From assembly GCA_030601615.1 (NCBI GenBank), contig JAUVTH010000001.1, forward strand, positions 1 through 35,486: DNA of 35,486 nucleotides. Reading direction: 5' to 3'. The notes under the pieces are model-generated. The model had not been told where the DNA came from. It ran no database searches and saw only the letters and a list, made by a program, of their open reading frames with translations. Below, in pieces: positions 1 through 9,464 of the stretch. Both the position numbers and the translations under genes were made by a program. Origin of the DNA: Gemmatimonadota bacterium (GTDB taxonomy: Bacteria; Gemmatimonadota; Gemmatimonadetes; Palauibacterales; Palauibacteraceae). Numbering within the stretch: the first letter of the stretch is position 1; every line of letters starts with the position of its first letter.

Positions 1-1396
1 CACCACCCTGGACGCCGGCCAGGTGGACTTGACCCGGATCGCGCTTGCCAGCGTCGAGAGCGTGCGCGTGCGGCGTCGAGCCGACGGATGGATCGCGGAA
101 GTCACTACCCTGAGGAGGGTAAAGCGCTCGGGCTATTCCCGGATCGCCGGCGGTACTGGAGATCCGGGTCTGAGTCGCCTGCGACTCGTGTTCGGCAACG
201 GTGTCGGGAACAACTTCAACCTCGCCCCGTCCATCGATCTGCTCGATACGGGAGGCGAGCACGCGTCGAGCGATTTTAACTTCTGGGGACGGGTGGAGTG
301 GCTTCCGGGAGGTGGAGACGCGGGCCTGGAATTGCAGTGGGTCACCGAGAGCATGGAACGGGACGTATACTCTCCCGCAGACCTGAACCGCACCGAGCTG
401 TTCGTCCGCGGCAGGGGAAACCTCGGCGATCACTTTCAGGCGGAGGCCTTCGCGGGCACGAGCGGGTTGAGCTCGGAGGGGGAGAGTGTCCGGAAGGTGG
501 CGAACGGCGGTTTCCGATTGTCTGGAGAAGCTGAGAACGGTTGGTTCAGGACCGGCTTCAGGCTGTGGGATGATCCGACGTATCCGATCGTCGACGTCGA
601 CCTCGACGGCGGATACCGATTCCTCTCGTGGCTCTCTCTGACGGCTGGTGGGCGACTGGGATCGTGGAACGACTTCAGCACATCCGAGGGCCGGCTTGGC
701 GTCGCCGCGACGGTACGCCGCCTCGGGCTCACGCTCACGGCGGACGGAGCGACGGGCACACGAGGCGTGTCCTACCCGACACTCGAAAGGGCGGACTCGG
801 TCTCGTTCGACGTAGCTGCCGGGGCCCTGGCGTTGCGGCTGGGTCCGTTCACGCTCTCCGGGCGCGGCGCGTACCAGAAGCTGAGCCGGCAGCTTCCGTT
901 CGGTGCCGTGTTCGACAGCGAGCAGCTGCCCGGCGGGTCCGTGGAGCTGGGCCTCGCGGAGGGTGGATTGGTCGGCCCTATCATTCCGCTAGGGCTGGTG
1001 CTGAACGACGTGGAGCCCATCGTGCTCAGGGGCTTCTACCGGTATTCGAATGTGCTCGACGGAGACGAGCCACTGTACGTTCCCGAGAGCGTCGCGCGCG
1101 CCGAGATCTTCTGGCACGACTCCTTCTTCGAGGAAGAGCTCGAGATCAGCGCGGCCTTCGGTCTCAACTACCGGGATTCGATGCTCACGTCCCCGGGACC
1201 GGGATCGGCGGGCTCGTCATCTGTGCGGGTTCCATCGTACACCTTCATCGACTGGAATTTGATGATCCGTATCCTGGCCGTCCGAGTGTATTGGCGGTTC
1301 GAGAACCTGACGGCCGTGGAAGGACAGGACCTCCCGGGTCTTCCGTTTCCTGTCCGACGCTCGGTGTTCGGCGTCAAATGGGAGTTCCTCAATTGA
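1..1396 (+). CDS. Outer-membrane beta-barrel protein, 5'-truncated at window edge (TonB-dependent-receptor-like or porin-like; family not resolved)
   Basis: The reading frame is open from base 2 (TTLDAGQVDLTRIALASVESVRV...). The GTG at 23 is not followed by a signal peptide, so the true start lies upstream of the window. The sequence shows alternating beta-strand-like segments separated by G/D/R/N turns, and an aromatic terminal strand ...SVFGVKWEFLN typical of OMP barrels. Confidence 0.5.
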   Translation, partial: TTLDAGQVDLTRIALASVESVRVRRRADGWIAEVTTLRRVKRSGYSRIAGGTGDPGLSRLRLVFGNGVGNNFNLAPSIDLLDTGGEHASSDFNFWGRVEWLPGGGDAGLELQWVTESMERDVYSPADLNRTELFVRGRGNLGDHFQAEAFAGTSGLSSEGESVRKVANGGFRLSGEAENGWFRTGFRLWDDPTYPIVDVDLDGGYRFLSWLSLTAGGRLGSWNDFSTSEGRLGVAATVRRLGLTLTADGATGTRGVSYPTLERADSVSFDVAAGALALRLGPFTLSGRGAYQKLSRQLPFGAVFDSEQLPGGSVELGLAEGGLVGPIIPLGLVLNDVEPIVLRGFYRYSNVLDGDEPLYVPESVARAEIFWHDSFFEEELEISAAFGLNYRDSMLTSPGPGSAGSSSVRVPSYTFIDWNLMIRILAVRVYWRFENLTAVEGQDLPGLPFPVRRSVFGVKWEFLN

Positions 1397-1424
1397 GGCG
1401 GGTACGCTATACTAATCGGTTCCT

Positions 1425-2324
1425 ATGATACGCAGCATGACGGGTTTCGGATCGGCGTCTACGACCGCCGCTGGGGTGACACTGGGTCTCGAGCTCAGGT
1501 CGGTGAATTCACGTCACCTGAAGCTTCATTTCCGGATGCCGCCGGGAACCGAGCGCTGGGAGGAGTCCCTCCGGGAGACGATCTCCGCGCAAGTGAGGCG
1601 AGGCCACGTCGATGTGGCCTTGCGGATCGGGCCCTCGACGGCGGAAGGCGGAAGCGGTCTCGCTCAAGGCTTCCGCCTGGACGAAGCCAGGGTGCAGTCC
1701 TACGTGGACGGCCTGCGCGAGCTGAAGGAGCGCTGGGACCTCCCCGGGGAGGTGGACATCGGTCTGGTCGGGCGATGCGAGCGCCTGCTGGTCGAAGCGA
1801 CCACCGATCCTTTGGAGGCCGTGCCCCTGGAGGCCGTGAAGACGATCGCGGACGCAGCGGTCACTCAACTGGTCGAGATGCGTCTACGCGAGGGAGAACG
1901 TCTGGCGCTGGATCTCATGAATCGGGTGGAGGCGCTGGAGTCCGGGCTGACGGAGGTCGAAGCCCTGGCTCCCCAGAGGATAGAGAGAGAGACGGACCGT
2001 CTGCGACGTTCGATCCGGGAACTGGCCGGCGACATCGAGGTCGACCCGGATCGGCTGGCCCGGGAGATCGCGTTCATCGCCGACAAATGGGACATTTCCG
2101 AGGAGGTTGTGCGGACCCGAGCCCACCTCGAGGCGTTCCGCGAGCTGGTGGACGCATCGGAGGCAGAGCCCGTCGGCAAACGTCTGGGCTTCCTCGGGCA
2201 GGAATTGCTGCGGGAAGTGAATACGATCGGGTCGAAGGCTAACGACGCGACGATCGGACGAATCGTAGTGGAGATGAAGAACGAGCTCGAGTCGCTTCGG
2301 GAACAGAACGAGAACGTAGAGTGA
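1425..2324 (+). CDS. yicC: YicC-family protein (stress-induced protein / endoribonuclease YicC)
   Basis: N-terminus MIRSMTGFG and C-terminal ...GQELLREVNTIGSKAND... are hallmark YicC N- and C-terminal domain motifs. Length is 299 aa, and the gene sits upstream of gmk-rpoZ as in many bacteria. Confidence 0.9.
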   Translation: MIRSMTGFGSASTTAAGVTLGLELRSVNSRHLKLHFRMPPGTERWEESLRETISAQVRRGHVDVALRIGPSTAEGGSGLAQGFRLDEARVQSYVDGLRELKERWDLPGEVDIGLVGRCERLLVEATTDPLEAVPLEAVKTIADAAVTQLVEMRLREGERLALDLMNRVEALESGLTEVEALAPQRIERETDRLRRSIRELAGDIEVDPDRLAREIAFIADKWDISEEVVRTRAHLEAFRELVDASEAEPVGKRLGFLGQELLREVNTIGSKANDATIGRIVVEMKNELESLREQNENVE

Positions 2325-2334
2325 GGTCGATTCG

Positions 2335-3012
2335 TTGAGATCGGGGCCATCTCACCTGTTTCCGATCGTCCTTGCCGGACCGTCCGGAGGCGGTAAGACG
2401 ACCGTGCGGCAGGAGCTGCTGAAGCGTCACGCGGACCTGCTTTTCTCGGTCTCGGCGACGACCCGGCGCCCACGGCTGGATGAGCACGATGGCAGGGACT
2501 ACCGGTTCCTTGGCAGAGAGGCCTTCGAGGATCTCATCAAGAGCGGGGACCTCCTGGAGTGGGCGGAGGTACATGGAGAGTTGTATGGCACGCCGCATGC
2601 AAACCTCCGCAGGGCCCGGGACGAGGGGGCGAACCTGCTCCTGGACATCGACGTGCAGGGGGCGAAGCAACTCAGGGCCGTCGAGCCTGACGCGGTCACG
2701 ATTTTTCTGCTTCCGCCCGACTTCAGGCGGTTGGTAGAGAGGCTGCGCGGGCGCGGCAGCGAGAACGAAGAGGCGTTCCGGACTCGTATGAGAACAGCGT
2801 CATCGGAGCTTTCAGAAATCGAGCGCTTCGACTTCGCGGTCGTGAACGACGATCTTGACGATACGGTGCGAGCGGTCGAGGCTATTCTCTCGGCCGAGCG
2901 CCACAGGGTGAAGCGGCTGAGTCCCGACGTGAAGGATCGCGTTCGGTTTCTCGGCGAGTCTTTGAACCGGATGCTCGCTGCATCCGTCGAACAGGAAGCG
3001 AGAAGCGAATGA
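2335..3012 (+). CDS. gmk: Guanylate kinase
   Basis: P-loop GPSGGGKTT, then SVSATTRRPR, GxDYxF and EWAEVHGxxYGT motifs. The start codon is TTG, with GAGG about 8 nt upstream. The stop overlaps the rpoZ start (ATGA). Confidence 0.92.
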   Translation: MRSGPSHLFPIVLAGPSGGGKTTVRQELLKRHADLLFSVSATTRRPRLDEHDGRDYRFLGREAFEDLIKSGDLLEWAEVHGELYGTPHANLRRARDEGANLLLDIDVQGAKQLRAVEPDAVTIFLLPPDFRRLVERLRGRGSENEEAFRTRMRTASSELSEIERFDFAVVNDDLDDTVRAVEAILSAERHRVKRLSPDVKDRVRFLGESLNRMLAASVEQEARSE

Positions 3013-3224
3013 AGGTGTTCACGCCGGATGATCTGATTCCCGCCGCATCGGACAAGTACCTGGGCGTCCTTGTCGCGGCCAAGTACGCCCGTGAGCTGAA
3101 CGCGCTGCCGCTCGAGCGGTCGCCGTACGGGGCCGATAAGCTCACCACTATGGCCCTGGCGGCCATGGCCTCCGGCCAGTTGGAGTACCGCCTGGTCAGC
3201 CAGCGCAGCGCGCCCGGCGAGTAG
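3009..3224 (+). CDS. rpoZ: DNA-directed RNA polymerase subunit omega
   Basis: 71-aa ORF directly after gmk (conserved gmk-rpoZ synteny), with an ATGA overlap. The N-terminal segment ...SDKYLGVLVAAKYARELN resembles the omega helical core. Confidence 0.8.
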   Translation: MKVFTPDDLIPAASDKYLGVLVAAKYARELNALPLERSPYGADKLTTMALAAMASGQLEYRLVSQRSAPGE

Positions 3225-4420
3225 TGTCCGCGCTGGATGGGCGTCGTGTCCTTCTTGTGGTCTCGGGCGGGATCGCCGCCTACAAGAGCGCGATCCTGGT
3301 CCGGCGGCTACGTCAGGCCGGAGCCCGGGTTGACGTAGTGATGACGGCTTCCGCCGAGAAGATGGTGGGGGCCGCGACGTTTCATGCCCTCAGTGGTCGT
3401 CCCGTACATACGAACCTGTGGACCGAGCCTCTCGCCCATGTCGAGCTCGGTCGGGAGGCGGATCTCGCTATCGTTGCGCCCGCGACGGCTAACATCCTGG
3501 CACGAATGGCGCATGGGTTGGCCGACGACATGGCCACGTCGACCCTGCTCGCGGCTGCCTGTCCGATTCTGGTGTGTCCAGCCATGAACTTCCGGATGTG
3601 GGAGAACGCTGCCACGCGAGAGAACATGGAGTCCCTCAGGGCACATGGGCTTCATGTGCTCGGACCGGAGGACGGCGAGCTTGCCGAGGGCGAGTCCGGT
3701 CCGGGACGAATGTCAGAGCCCGATGTGATTATCTCGGTAGCCAGTCGTCTCCTGCGGGGCGAGTCCCGGCTCGAGGGACGAAAAGTCGTGGTCACGGCCG
3801 GGCCGACCCTCGCCTCGATCGATCCGGTGCGTTTCGTAAGCAACCGATCTTCGGGCCGCATGGGCATGGCGCTCGCTTCCTCGGCATGGCTGCGCGGGGC
3901 AGACGTCGTATTAATTGCAGGTCCGACATCAGTGGAACCGCCTTACGGTCCGCGATTGATCCGGGTGGAGACCAGCCAGGAGATGGGGACGGCCCTGGAA
4001 AAGGAGCTGCAGGACGCATCGGTTCTCATTATGGCGGCTGCCGTGTCCGATTTCTTCGTGCCGGATCCGGCGGCCGAGAAGATCAAACGGCAGGATCGTG
4101 ATGTGCTGGACGTGTCGCTCGAAGCCGGACCGGACCTACTCGCGCAGACGCGTGCCATGAGAGTCGAGCGGCAGGTGTTCACGCTCGGCTTCGCCCTCGA
4201 AACAACTGACGCGCTCGAGAACGCCCGCCGGAAGCTGGAGGCCAAGGGTCTGGACATGGTCGCTGTGAACGAAGCCGGACGGCCCGACCGTGGGTTCGAG
4301 GCTGACACGAACCAGGTGACGCTGATCGACGCGGCGGGGGTGGTGGAGGAACTTCCTCTACTGCAGAAAACGGACGTGGCCGAGAGGATGCTGGATCGCC
4401 TGGAAGAGCGGCTGTCGTGA
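3224..4420 (+). CDS. coaBC: Bifunctional phosphopantothenoylcysteine decarboxylase / phosphopantothenate-cysteine ligase
   Basis: N-terminal flavoprotein half (VSGGIAAYKS, PAMNFRMW) and C-terminal CoaB half (VTAGPT..DPVRFVSNRSSGRMG, MAAAVSDF). The GTG start overlaps the rpoZ TAG by 1 nt. Confidence 0.92.
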   Translation: MSALDGRRVLLVVSGGIAAYKSAILVRRLRQAGARVDVVMTASAEKMVGAATFHALSGRPVHTNLWTEPLAHVELGREADLAIVAPATANILARMAHGLADDMATSTLLAAACPILVCPAMNFRMWENAATRENMESLRAHGLHVLGPEDGELAEGESGPGRMSEPDVIISVASRLLRGESRLEGRKVVVTAGPTLASIDPVRFVSNRSSGRMGMALASSAWLRGADVVLIAGPTSVEPPYGPRLIRVETSQEMGTALEKELQDASVLIMAAAVSDFFVPDPAAEKIKRQDRDVLDVSLEAGPDLLAQTRAMRVERQVFTLGFALETTDALENARRKLEAKGLDMVAVNEAGRPDRGFEADTNQVTLIDAAGVVEELPLLQKTDVAERMLDRLEERLS

Positions 4421-5286
4421 CCGCGACCCGAGACGCGCTGCGCAGCTACCTGCGTGGCCGGGAGGCCTTGGGCGTCCCGGAGGTATTCCTGTCCGGCGCC
4501 AGTCGCGACGACGTGCTCGATGCCGTGCGCGGCGCTGCGTCCCACGTGCAGGACCCGGCTCCGGCAGGAACGGACGTGGGCCGAATAGCGAGAGAGGGAT
4601 CCCGGGAGGACATCCTCGGCATCTCCGATATGGAGAATCTCCGGCGGGTGGCGGAAGCCTGCAGCCGATGTGGGCTGCATTCGACTCGGACGAAGGTCGT
4701 GTTCGCGGACGGTCCGGCCGAGGCGAGGGTCCTGTGTGTCGGCGAGGCTCCAGGCGCCAACGAGGACCGCACAGGCCTGCCGTTCGTGGGCAGGGCCGGC
4801 AAGCTCCTGGACCGGTTGCTGCTCAGCGTCGGGTTCTCCAGGTCCGAGGTGTTCATCTGCAACGTTCTCAAGTGTCGGCCGCCAGGTAACCGGAATCCGC
4901 TTCCGGATGAGATCGAAGCCTGCTCGCCGTTCATGCTCCGGCAGGTCGAGCTCGTCAGACCGGCTGTCATCGTGGCTCTTGGGACCTTTGCCGCCCAGAC
5001 ACTTCTGGGAACCCGAGACTCGCTCCGACACCTGCGGGGACGGACTCATCTGTACGAGGGATATCCTCTGGTCGTGACCTATCACCCGGCGGCTCTGCTA
5101 AGGAATGCCGGTTGGACACGACCCTCATGGCGAGACCTCCAGCTGGCGCGCAGAATCGTGGATGGCGATCACGGTGGGTCGACGCTTGGTGAGCAAGTGG
5201 AGGGTGAACCGGCGACGAACCCGGACAATCCGGGCTCCCCTGCCGGTTCACAGGGGCAGTTGACCCTGGGAGGTCGAGATGGCTGA
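4417..5286 (+). CDS. Uracil-DNA glycosylase, family 4 type
   Basis: Motifs C..CxL, GEAPGANEDRTGLPFVGRAGKLLD, FICNVLKCRPPGNRNP and HPAALLRN. The GTG start overlaps the coaBC stop (GTGA). The protein has an N-terminal extension of about 85 aa and a low-complexity C-terminal tail overlapping the dnaB start by 8 nt. Confidence 0.85.
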   Translation: MTATRDALRSYLRGREALGVPEVFLSGASRDDVLDAVRGAASHVQDPAPAGTDVGRIAREGSREDILGISDMENLRRVAEACSRCGLHSTRTKVVFADGPAEARVLCVGEAPGANEDRTGLPFVGRAGKLLDRLLLSVGFSRSEVFICNVLKCRPPGNRNPLPDEIEACSPFMLRQVELVRPAVIVALGTFAAQTLLGTRDSLRHLRGRTHLYEGYPLVVTYHPAALLRNAGWTRPSWRDLQLARRIVDGDHGGSTLGEQVEGEPATNPDNPGSPAGSQGQLTLGGRDG

Positions 5287-6670
5287 GCCTTCGGTGATTC
5301 CCGTCGACGGCGTCGTGGCGGGACGGCAGGTCCCCTGGTCGGAGGAAGCCGAGATCTCAGTCCTGTCCGCCATGCTCATCGATGGAGACGCCGTGGCGCG
5401 GGCCATCGAGACGGTGGGGGACGGCTCGTTCTATCGGGAAGCCAACCGCCGGATCTTCCGTGCGATGGTGCGGCTGTACTCGCGCGGCGAGGTCATCGAC
5501 GTGGTGACCCTGTCGGACGAGCTCAAGTCTGCCGGCGAGCTGGACGGAGCCGGCGGGATGGTGTACCTGGCACGCCTCGTGGATGCGGTACCGACTTCTG
5601 CCAACATCGAGTACCACTGCCGGATTCTCCGTGACAAGTCAGTGTTGCGGCAGCTGATCGACTCGGCAACGGACATCGTGCGGGATGCATACGACGCTCC
5701 CGCCGGGGAGGTGGACGACACGCTCGACCGGGCGGAACAACGGATCTTCCAGATCGCACAGGCATCGCAGCGACAGGGTTTCGTGTGGATCAAGGAGATC
5801 CTGTGGCCGACGTTCGAGAGAATTGAGGAACTGCAGAGCAGCCCGGGATCGGTAACGGGAGTGCCAAGTGGCTTCCCCGACCTGGACAACCTCACGGCCG
5901 GGTTTCAGAAGGGTGACCTGATCATCGTGGCGGGAAGGCCGTCGATGGGCAAGACGGCGTTGGCCCTGAATTTCGCGCAGCACGCTGCGATCGCGAAGGA
6001 AATACCGGTGGCGGTTTTCTCGTTGGAGATGTCGAAAGAGTCGCTCGTTCAGCGTCTCCTGTGCTCCGAGGGACGCGTGGACTCCGGTCGTCTCCGACGG
6101 GGCAGGCTTCAAGACGACGAGTACGCGCGGCTCGCCACGGCCGCCGGTCACCTGAACACGGCTCCGATCTGGATCGACGACTCGCCGGCGATCACTGCGC
6201 TGGAGGTGCGAGCCAAGGCACGCCGCCTGGCCGCGGAGGTGGATCTTGGACTGATCATAGTCGACTACCTGCAGCTCATGACGGGCCCAGGCAACGCGGA
6301 CAACCGGCAGCAGGAGATCAGCGCGATCTCGAGGTCCATCAAGGCGATCGCCAAGGAGCTCAATGTTCCGGTCGTGGCGCTTTCGCAGCTCTCCAGGGCG
6401 CCGGAGCAGCGAACAGACAAGAGACCTGTGCTGGCGGATCTGCGGGAGTCGGGAGCGATCGAGCAGGACGCCGACCTGGTTCTCTTCGTCTACCGGGAGG
6501 AAGTATACCGACGACCGGGGGACATGGTCGACGATTCCGGCGAATCGGTGGAAGGCAAGACCGATCTGATCATCGGTAAGCAGCGCAATGGTCCGACGGG
6601 CACGGTTGGGCTCTATTTCCATAAGAATTACACGCTCTTTGAGTCGGCCGTCCGCCAATCGAACGCATAG
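5279..6670 (+). CDS. dnaB: Replicative DNA helicase DnaB
   Basis: DnaB N-terminal domain (PWSEEAEISVLSAML..), Walker A GRPSMGKTALAL, SLEMS, IIVDYLQLM, SQLSR and KQRNGPTG. At 463 aa there is no intein-sized insertion. Confidence 0.95.
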   Translation: MAEPSVIPVDGVVAGRQVPWSEEAEISVLSAMLIDGDAVARAIETVGDGSFYREANRRIFRAMVRLYSRGEVIDVVTLSDELKSAGELDGAGGMVYLARLVDAVPTSANIEYHCRILRDKSVLRQLIDSATDIVRDAYDAPAGEVDDTLDRAEQRIFQIAQASQRQGFVWIKEILWPTFERIEELQSSPGSVTGVPSGFPDLDNLTAGFQKGDLIIVAGRPSMGKTALALNFAQHAAIAKEIPVAVFSLEMSKESLVQRLLCSEGRVDSGRLRRGRLQDDEYARLATAAGHLNTAPIWIDDSPAITALEVRAKARRLAAEVDLGLIIVDYLQLMTGPGNADNRQQEISAISRSIKAIAKELNVPVVALSQLSRAPEQRTDKRPVLADLRESGAIEQDADLVLFVYREEVYRRPGDMVDDSGESVEGKTDLIIGKQRNGPTGTVGLYFHKNYTLFESAVRQSNA

Positions 6671-6758
6671 CTGAGCGTGGTGCGCATGAGAGGATGTTGA
6701 TTCACGGACCTCATCCTCTGTCGGGAACTGGCGCTTACCTCAACAACCCTCGGGGACC

Positions 6759-8123
6759 ATGAGTCGCGTCCGATCCGTTTTCGTATGCCGCGACTGTGGC
6801 GCGGAGACTCTCCGTTGGGAGGGTCGTTGCCCGACGTGCGGCGAGTGGAACTCGCTGGATGAGAGCGTTGCCAGCCAGCTGGACGTCCGCGCCGGCTCGC
6901 GAGGCACGAAATCGAGTCGAGTGAGGCGGTTGGGCGAGGCGAACGGGGAGCGGTCCCGCAGGATCACCACAGGGTTCGGCGACGTCGACAGGGTGCTCGG
7001 TGGCGGGTTGGTGCCTGGTTCGGTGGTATTGCTCGGAGGGGCTCCCGGCATCGGTAAGTCGACTCTGCTGCTGCAGCTCGCGGGAGACCTGGTTGGTCGG
7101 GGCACGGCAGTGCTGTATGTGTCGGGGGAGGAGTCCGCGGAGCAGGTGGCGCTGCGGGCGGATCGTCTTGGAACGGCTTCCGACGTCGACTTCCTGGCAT
7201 CGAGTGATCTCGAGGATATCGTGTCAGCGCTGCACCGGAGCCGTCCGGCGGTACTGTGTGTCGACTCCATCCAGAGCATGAGTTCCAGGCAGATGACGTC
7301 GGCGCCAGGTGGGGTGGCGCAGGTGCGGGAGGCGGCCTCGGCCCTGCAACGCGAGGTGAAGGCCGCCGGCGTCGCTTGCTTCCTGGTGGGTCACGTGACC
7401 AAGGGCGGAGCGCTCGCGGGTCCTCGCACCCTGGAGCATCTGGTCGACGTGGTGCTCCATTTCGAGGGGCAGCGATCCGGCGAGCACCGTATCCTGCGGA
7501 GCTCGAAGAATCGGTTCGGAAGCGTCGATGAGATGGCCGCGTTTCGAATGGGGGCCGGCGGGCTCGAGCCGGTGCCGGATCCATCGGCTCTGTTCCTGTC
7601 CCAAGAGACGACCGAGACCGGCGGCGCCGCCGTCGCGATACCGGTGCATGGAAGCAGGCCGATTCTGGCCGAGGTCCAGGCTCTGGTCGCGCGCGCCAGG
7701 TTCGCGTCTCCTCAACGCGTCTGTACAGGCTTTCCCGGTCGACGACTCGCAATTCTGCTCGCCGTGCTGGAGAAGAAGGCAGGAGTAGCGCTCGGAGAGC
7801 AGGACGTCTTCGTGAGTGTCGTGGGCGGGCTTCGAATGGCGGACCCGGCCGCGGACCTGGCCGTGGTGGCAGCGCTCGCCTCCGCAGGTGCGGATCGACC
7901 GTATCCTTCCGGGTTCGCTTTCTTCGGTGAGGTGGGCCTGGGGGGAGAGGTGCGCGGCGTGTCGCACGGCGAGGCCAGGCTCCGCGCCGCTCGTGGGGCC
8001 AAGCTCACCAGGATCGTGGCACCCGCAGCTCTCGAGCGTGAGCTGACCGGGAACGCCGACGTGTTGTTCATGAGGCACGTGAGAGAGATTGCGGACCTCC
8101 TGGAGCGAGAGGCGGCCCCATGA
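6759..8123 (+). CDS. radA: DNA repair protein RadA (Sms)
   Basis: N-terminal zinc ribbon CRDCGAETLRWEGRCPTCGEWNS, Walker A GAPGIGKSTLLLQ, the KNRFG motif, and a Lon-like C-terminal domain. Confidence 0.95.
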   Translation: MSRVRSVFVCRDCGAETLRWEGRCPTCGEWNSLDESVASQLDVRAGSRGTKSSRVRRLGEANGERSRRITTGFGDVDRVLGGGLVPGSVVLLGGAPGIGKSTLLLQLAGDLVGRGTAVLYVSGEESAEQVALRADRLGTASDVDFLASSDLEDIVSALHRSRPAVLCVDSIQSMSSRQMTSAPGGVAQVREAASALQREVKAAGVACFLVGHVTKGGALAGPRTLEHLVDVVLHFEGQRSGEHRILRSSKNRFGSVDEMAAFRMGAGGLEPVPDPSALFLSQETTETGGAAVAIPVHGSRPILAEVQALVARARFASPQRVCTGFPGRRLAILLAVLEKKAGVALGEQDVFVSVVGGLRMADPAADLAVVAALASAGADRPYPSGFAFFGEVGLGGEVRGVSHGEARLRAARGAKLTRIVAPAALERELTGNADVLFMRHVREIADLLEREAAP

Positions 8124-8827
8124 AGGTGGCGGCAGTGGTCGTGGCGGCGGGGAAGGGCGAACGCCTGGGGACCCCCAAGCAGTTCCTGCTGCTCGGAGGG
8201 ATCCCGCTGCTGCTGTGGAGCGTGCGCTCCATGGTCGAGCACCCCTCAATCGGTGAGGTCGTCGTCGTGCTGCCTGCCGGGATGGTGGAGAGTCCTCCCG
8301 GCTGGCTCGTTGGAGCGGGCGTAGGATGCTGTGCAGGGGGGAGCACGCGCAGGGAGAGCGCCGGTCGCGGCGTCGATGCTGTGTCTGCCGACTCGGATCT
8401 CGTGCTCATTCACGACGCGGCCCGTCCCTTCGTGACGGCTGCAGTGATCGAGAGGGTTCTGGCGGCGGCGGCCGACGAGGGCGCGGCCCTTCCCGTGCTT
8501 CCCGTTGTGGACACGATCAAGCGCCTGGAGAGCGGCGCGGTTCTGGAAACCGTCGATCGTTCGAGACTCGCGAGAGCACAGACTCCTCAGGGATTTCGCG
8601 CTCGACTGATTCGCGAGGTGCACGCCTGGGCAGAGCGAACCTCGCGAGCCGCTTCGGATGATGCGGCCCTCTGCGAGGTGCAGGGTTACCGAGTGGTGGC
8701 CGTCGAGGGGGACCCGCACAACGTGAAGATCACGACGGCCGAAGACCTCGCGCTGGCTGAGTGGCTGATCGATGCGGGCAGGGTTGGGCCGCCCGCGGGA
8801 CGGAACGGGCCGATTGGCTCGGTTTGA
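8120..8827 (+). CDS. ispD: 2-C-methyl-D-erythritol 4-phosphate cytidylyltransferase
   Basis: VVVAAGKGERLG, GGSTRRES, IHDAARPF, VVDTIK, AQTPQGF and NVKITTAEDL motifs. ATGA overlap with the radA stop. Confidence 0.92.
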   Translation: MKVAAVVVAAGKGERLGTPKQFLLLGGIPLLLWSVRSMVEHPSIGEVVVVLPAGMVESPPGWLVGAGVGCCAGGSTRRESAGRGVDAVSADSDLVLIHDAARPFVTAAVIERVLAAAADEGAALPVLPVVDTIKRLESGAVLETVDRSRLARAQTPQGFRARLIREVHAWAERTSRAASDDAALCEVQGYRVVAVEGDPHNVKITTAEDLALAEWLIDAGRVGPPAGRNGPIGSV

Positions 8828-9464
8828 GGAAGTCGTGGCATCGGGCGAGCCGGCGAGCTTGGCACGGGTCGTGGAGCGCGCCGTAGAGGTTTTGTGCGCG
8901 CAGGGCATACTGGCACACCCGACCGACACCGTGTACGGCATAGGCGGCGCCTGCCTGCCCGACGTCGACTCTCACGTGGCCGTCTTGAAGGGTCGTGAGA
9001 TCGAGGAGTTCCCCCTCGTTCGGATTGCCGCGGACGCGACGGCTATCCAGAGCTCCTTCCCGGATCTCGAGTGGAATCCTTGGGCGGAGGTGCTCGCAGA
9101 CAGGTTTTGGCCGGGTCCCCTGACGCTCGTGCTGGATGATGGCACCGGGACGGGCGTCGCCGTGAGGGTCGAGGGCCACCCCGTGCTCGGGTCCGTCCTC
9201 CGTGCGTGGGGAGCTCCGATCAGCTCGACCAGCCTCAACCGGGCGGGCGAGTCTCCTGCCGTGACGAGCGTCGAGGCGAAACGGAACCTGGATCGAATGC
9301 CGGACGTGGGAATGTCGATACTGCTCGTGGATGTAGGGGATCTGCCAGGCCCTCCTCCGTCCACGCTGGTGTCTCTGGCGGGCGCCGAGCCTGCCGTGCT
9401 CCGAGAGGGAGCATTGCCGACCGAATCGATTCTGGACTGCCTGCGGGGGATTCGGCGTTCATGA
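8772..9464 (+). CDS. tsaC: L-threonylcarbamoyladenylate synthase (TsaC/YrdC/Sua5 family)
   Basis: YrdC-domain motifs HPTDTVYGIGG, FWPGPLTLVL and ISSTSLNRAGE. The start is uncertain: the track start at 8772 overlaps ispD by 56 nt, and an in-frame GTG at 8835 just after the ispD stop is an alternative. Confidence 0.85.
   Translation: MRAGLGRPRDGTGRLARFEEVVASGEPASLARVVERAVEVLCAQGILAHPTDTVYGIGGACLPDVDSHVAVLKGREIEEFPLVRIAADATAIQSSFPDLEWNPWAEVLADRFWPGPLTLVLDDGTGTGVAVRVEGHPVLGSVLRAWGAPISSTSLNRAGESPAVTSVEAKRNLDRMPDVGMSILLVDVGDLPGPPPSTLVSLAGAEPAVLREGALPTESILDCLRGIRRS

Noticed and set aside
6689-6719. Hairpin after dnaB (AGAGGATG ... CATCCTCT, 15-nt loop)
   Set aside because: The stem is only 8 bp with a large loop and no U-tract, and radA follows 40 nt later in the same orientation. 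It is too weak to call as a terminator.
3943-8249. Series of long minus-strand ORFs (3943-5085, 5639-6658, 6964-7752, 7224-8249)
   Set aside because: All are antisense to coaBC/udg, dnaB and radA, which carry diagnostic motifs on the plus strand. Their compositions are Arg/Pro/Ser-rich and typical of GC-rich antisense frames.
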